Source: an uncultured delta proteobacterium (lineage in GTDB: Bacteria > Desulfobacterota > Binatia > UBA9968). Taken from it: DNA of 64,000 bases. Made by a program: the position numbers and the translations under genes. This document shows positions 62,732-64,000 of this stretch, one piece after another. The DNA is taken from NCBI GenBank assembly GCA_963847445.1, contig CAWJZV010000042.1, positions 128,001-192,000 of the forward strand, read 5' to 3'. The notes below the pieces were generated by a model that worked only from the letters and a program-made list of their open reading frames with translations, searched no databases and was not told the DNA's origin. Each line of letters starts with the position of its first letter. Within the stretch, counting starts at the first letter, position 1.

Positions 62732-64000
62732 ATGAACGAAGCCGAAACCCGAGCCGAGCACATTGACCCCGCGCTGAAAGCGGCGGGCTGGGGCGTCGTC
62801 GAGGGCAGTCGCATCCGGCGCGAGTATCCGATTACGCCCGGTCGCATCGAAGGTCACGGGCGACGCGGCAAGCCGCTCACCGCGGATTACGTGCTGGAGT
62901 ATCGCAACACCAAGCTGGCCGTCGTCGAGGCCAAGGCATGGGACGAAGCACTGACCGAAGGCGTGGCGCAGGCCAAGAACTACGCCGGCAAGCTCGCCAT
63001 CCGCTTCACCTACTCCACCAACGGCCAGGGCATCTACGGCATCGACATGGAGACCGGCAAGGAAGGCGAGCAGCCGCGCTACCCCACGCCGGATGAACTC
63101 TGGAACCTGACCTTCGCCGAAGCGAACGCCTGGCGCGACCGCTTCGCCGCCGTCCCGTTCGAGGACAAGGGCGGCTCGCATCCTAGCCGCTACTATCAGG
63201 ACATCGCCGTCGAGCGGGTGATGGAGGCCATCGCCGCAGACCAGCAGCGCATCCTGCTCACGCTCGCCACCGGCACGGGCAAGACGTTCATCGCCTTTCA
63301 GATTGCGTGGAAGCTGTTTCACAGCCGCTGGAACTTGAGCCGCGAGCCGTCGCGCCGCCCGCGCATTCTGTTTCTCGCCGACCGCAACATCCTGGCCAAT
63401 CAGGCCTACAACGCCTTCTCTGCCTTCCCGGAGGACGCGATGGTGCGGATCGAGCCGGAGGACATCCGCAAGAAGGGCAAGGTGCCGAAGAACGGCAGCC
63501 TGTTCTTCACGATCTTCCAGACCTTCATGAGCGGCCCGCCGAAGGATGGCAAGCCGTCGCCCTATTTCGGCGAGTATCCGCCGGACTTCTTCGACTTCAT
63601 CGTCATCGACGAGTGCCATCGCGGCGGCGCCAACGACGAGAGCAACTGGCGCGGCATCCTCGAATACTTCGCCCCGGCCGTGCAGCTTGGCCTCACCGCC
63701 ACGCCCAAGCGCAAGGACAACGTGGACACCTACGCCTACTTCGGCGAGCCGGTCTATATCTATTCGCTCAAGGAAGGCATCAACGACGGCTTCCTCACGC
63801 CGTTCAAGGTGAAGCAGATCTCCACGACGCTCGACGACTACGTCTACACGCCGGATGACACGGTGTGGAAGGCGAGATCGAAACCGGGAAGCGTTACATC
63901 GAAACCGACTTCAACAAGATCATCGAGATCAAGGAACGCGAAGCATACCGCGTGAAGATGTTCATGGAGCAGATCAACCAGAACGAGAAGACGCTGGTTT
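62732..64000 (+). CDS. hsdR: Type I R-M restriction subunit R (EcoAI/EcoEI-like), runs off the window
   Basis: ADYVL...VEAK nuclease, ATGTGKT, DECHR, LTATP motifs. Confidence 0.92.

Noticed and set aside
7892-63619. Long antisense ORFs (e.g. 7892-8962, 20378-21247, 57998-58744, 58584-59477, 62300-63619)
   Set aside because: Shadows of high-GC coding genes on the opposite strand, with no recognisable motifs.
73-63955. Numerous frameshifts read as programmed frameshifting or mass pseudogenisation
   Set aside because: They are scattered single-base indels in otherwise well-conserved genes with few nonsense codons and no consistent slippery motifs; long-read consensus error is more parsimonious.
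1-64000. tRNA, rRNA or tmRNA genes and prophage
   Set aside because: No cloverleaf/T-loop signatures, rRNA-like tracts or phage structural genes recognised by eye; tRNAscan/Infernal would be needed to exclude them fully.

Overview
GC-rich bacterial chromosome segment. The many NitT/TauT-type substrate-binding proteins, amidohydrolases, LLM and CoA-transferase genes resemble Candidatus Binatia/deltaproteobacterial MAGs (inference). Many genes carry single-base frameshifts, most likely long-read consensus errors. Contents in order: S1C protease-MoxR-DUF58-vWA operon; a 4.2-10 kb accessory tract (IS1634 remnant, pRiA4b-like gene, TA pair, lipoprotein, attenuator-controlled ilvB); aromatic/organic-acid catabolism genes with about 12 orphan SBPs; a vapBC-type TA; a DsbA/FrnE gene with an in-frame UGA; a pcaDCHGB-IJ operon; a KimA-like transporter; and a type I R-M locus interrupted by four-helix-bundle and Fic genes. 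The most notable observation is that the 3' end of an amidohydrolase gene recurs three times downstream as progressively decayed direct repeats, each delimiting an unrelated cargo block, with no integrase in view. The four-helix-bundle cassette likewise sits between duplicated hsdM 3' ends. Other highlights are a probable unannotated selenoprotein with a SECIS-like hairpin, a sigma54-driven small C2H2-finger protein followed by a CCUCCU-loop RNA, selectively scrambled hsdS TRDs, and about 9 families of short palindromic intergenic repeats. No tRNA, rRNA or CRISPR array was seen.
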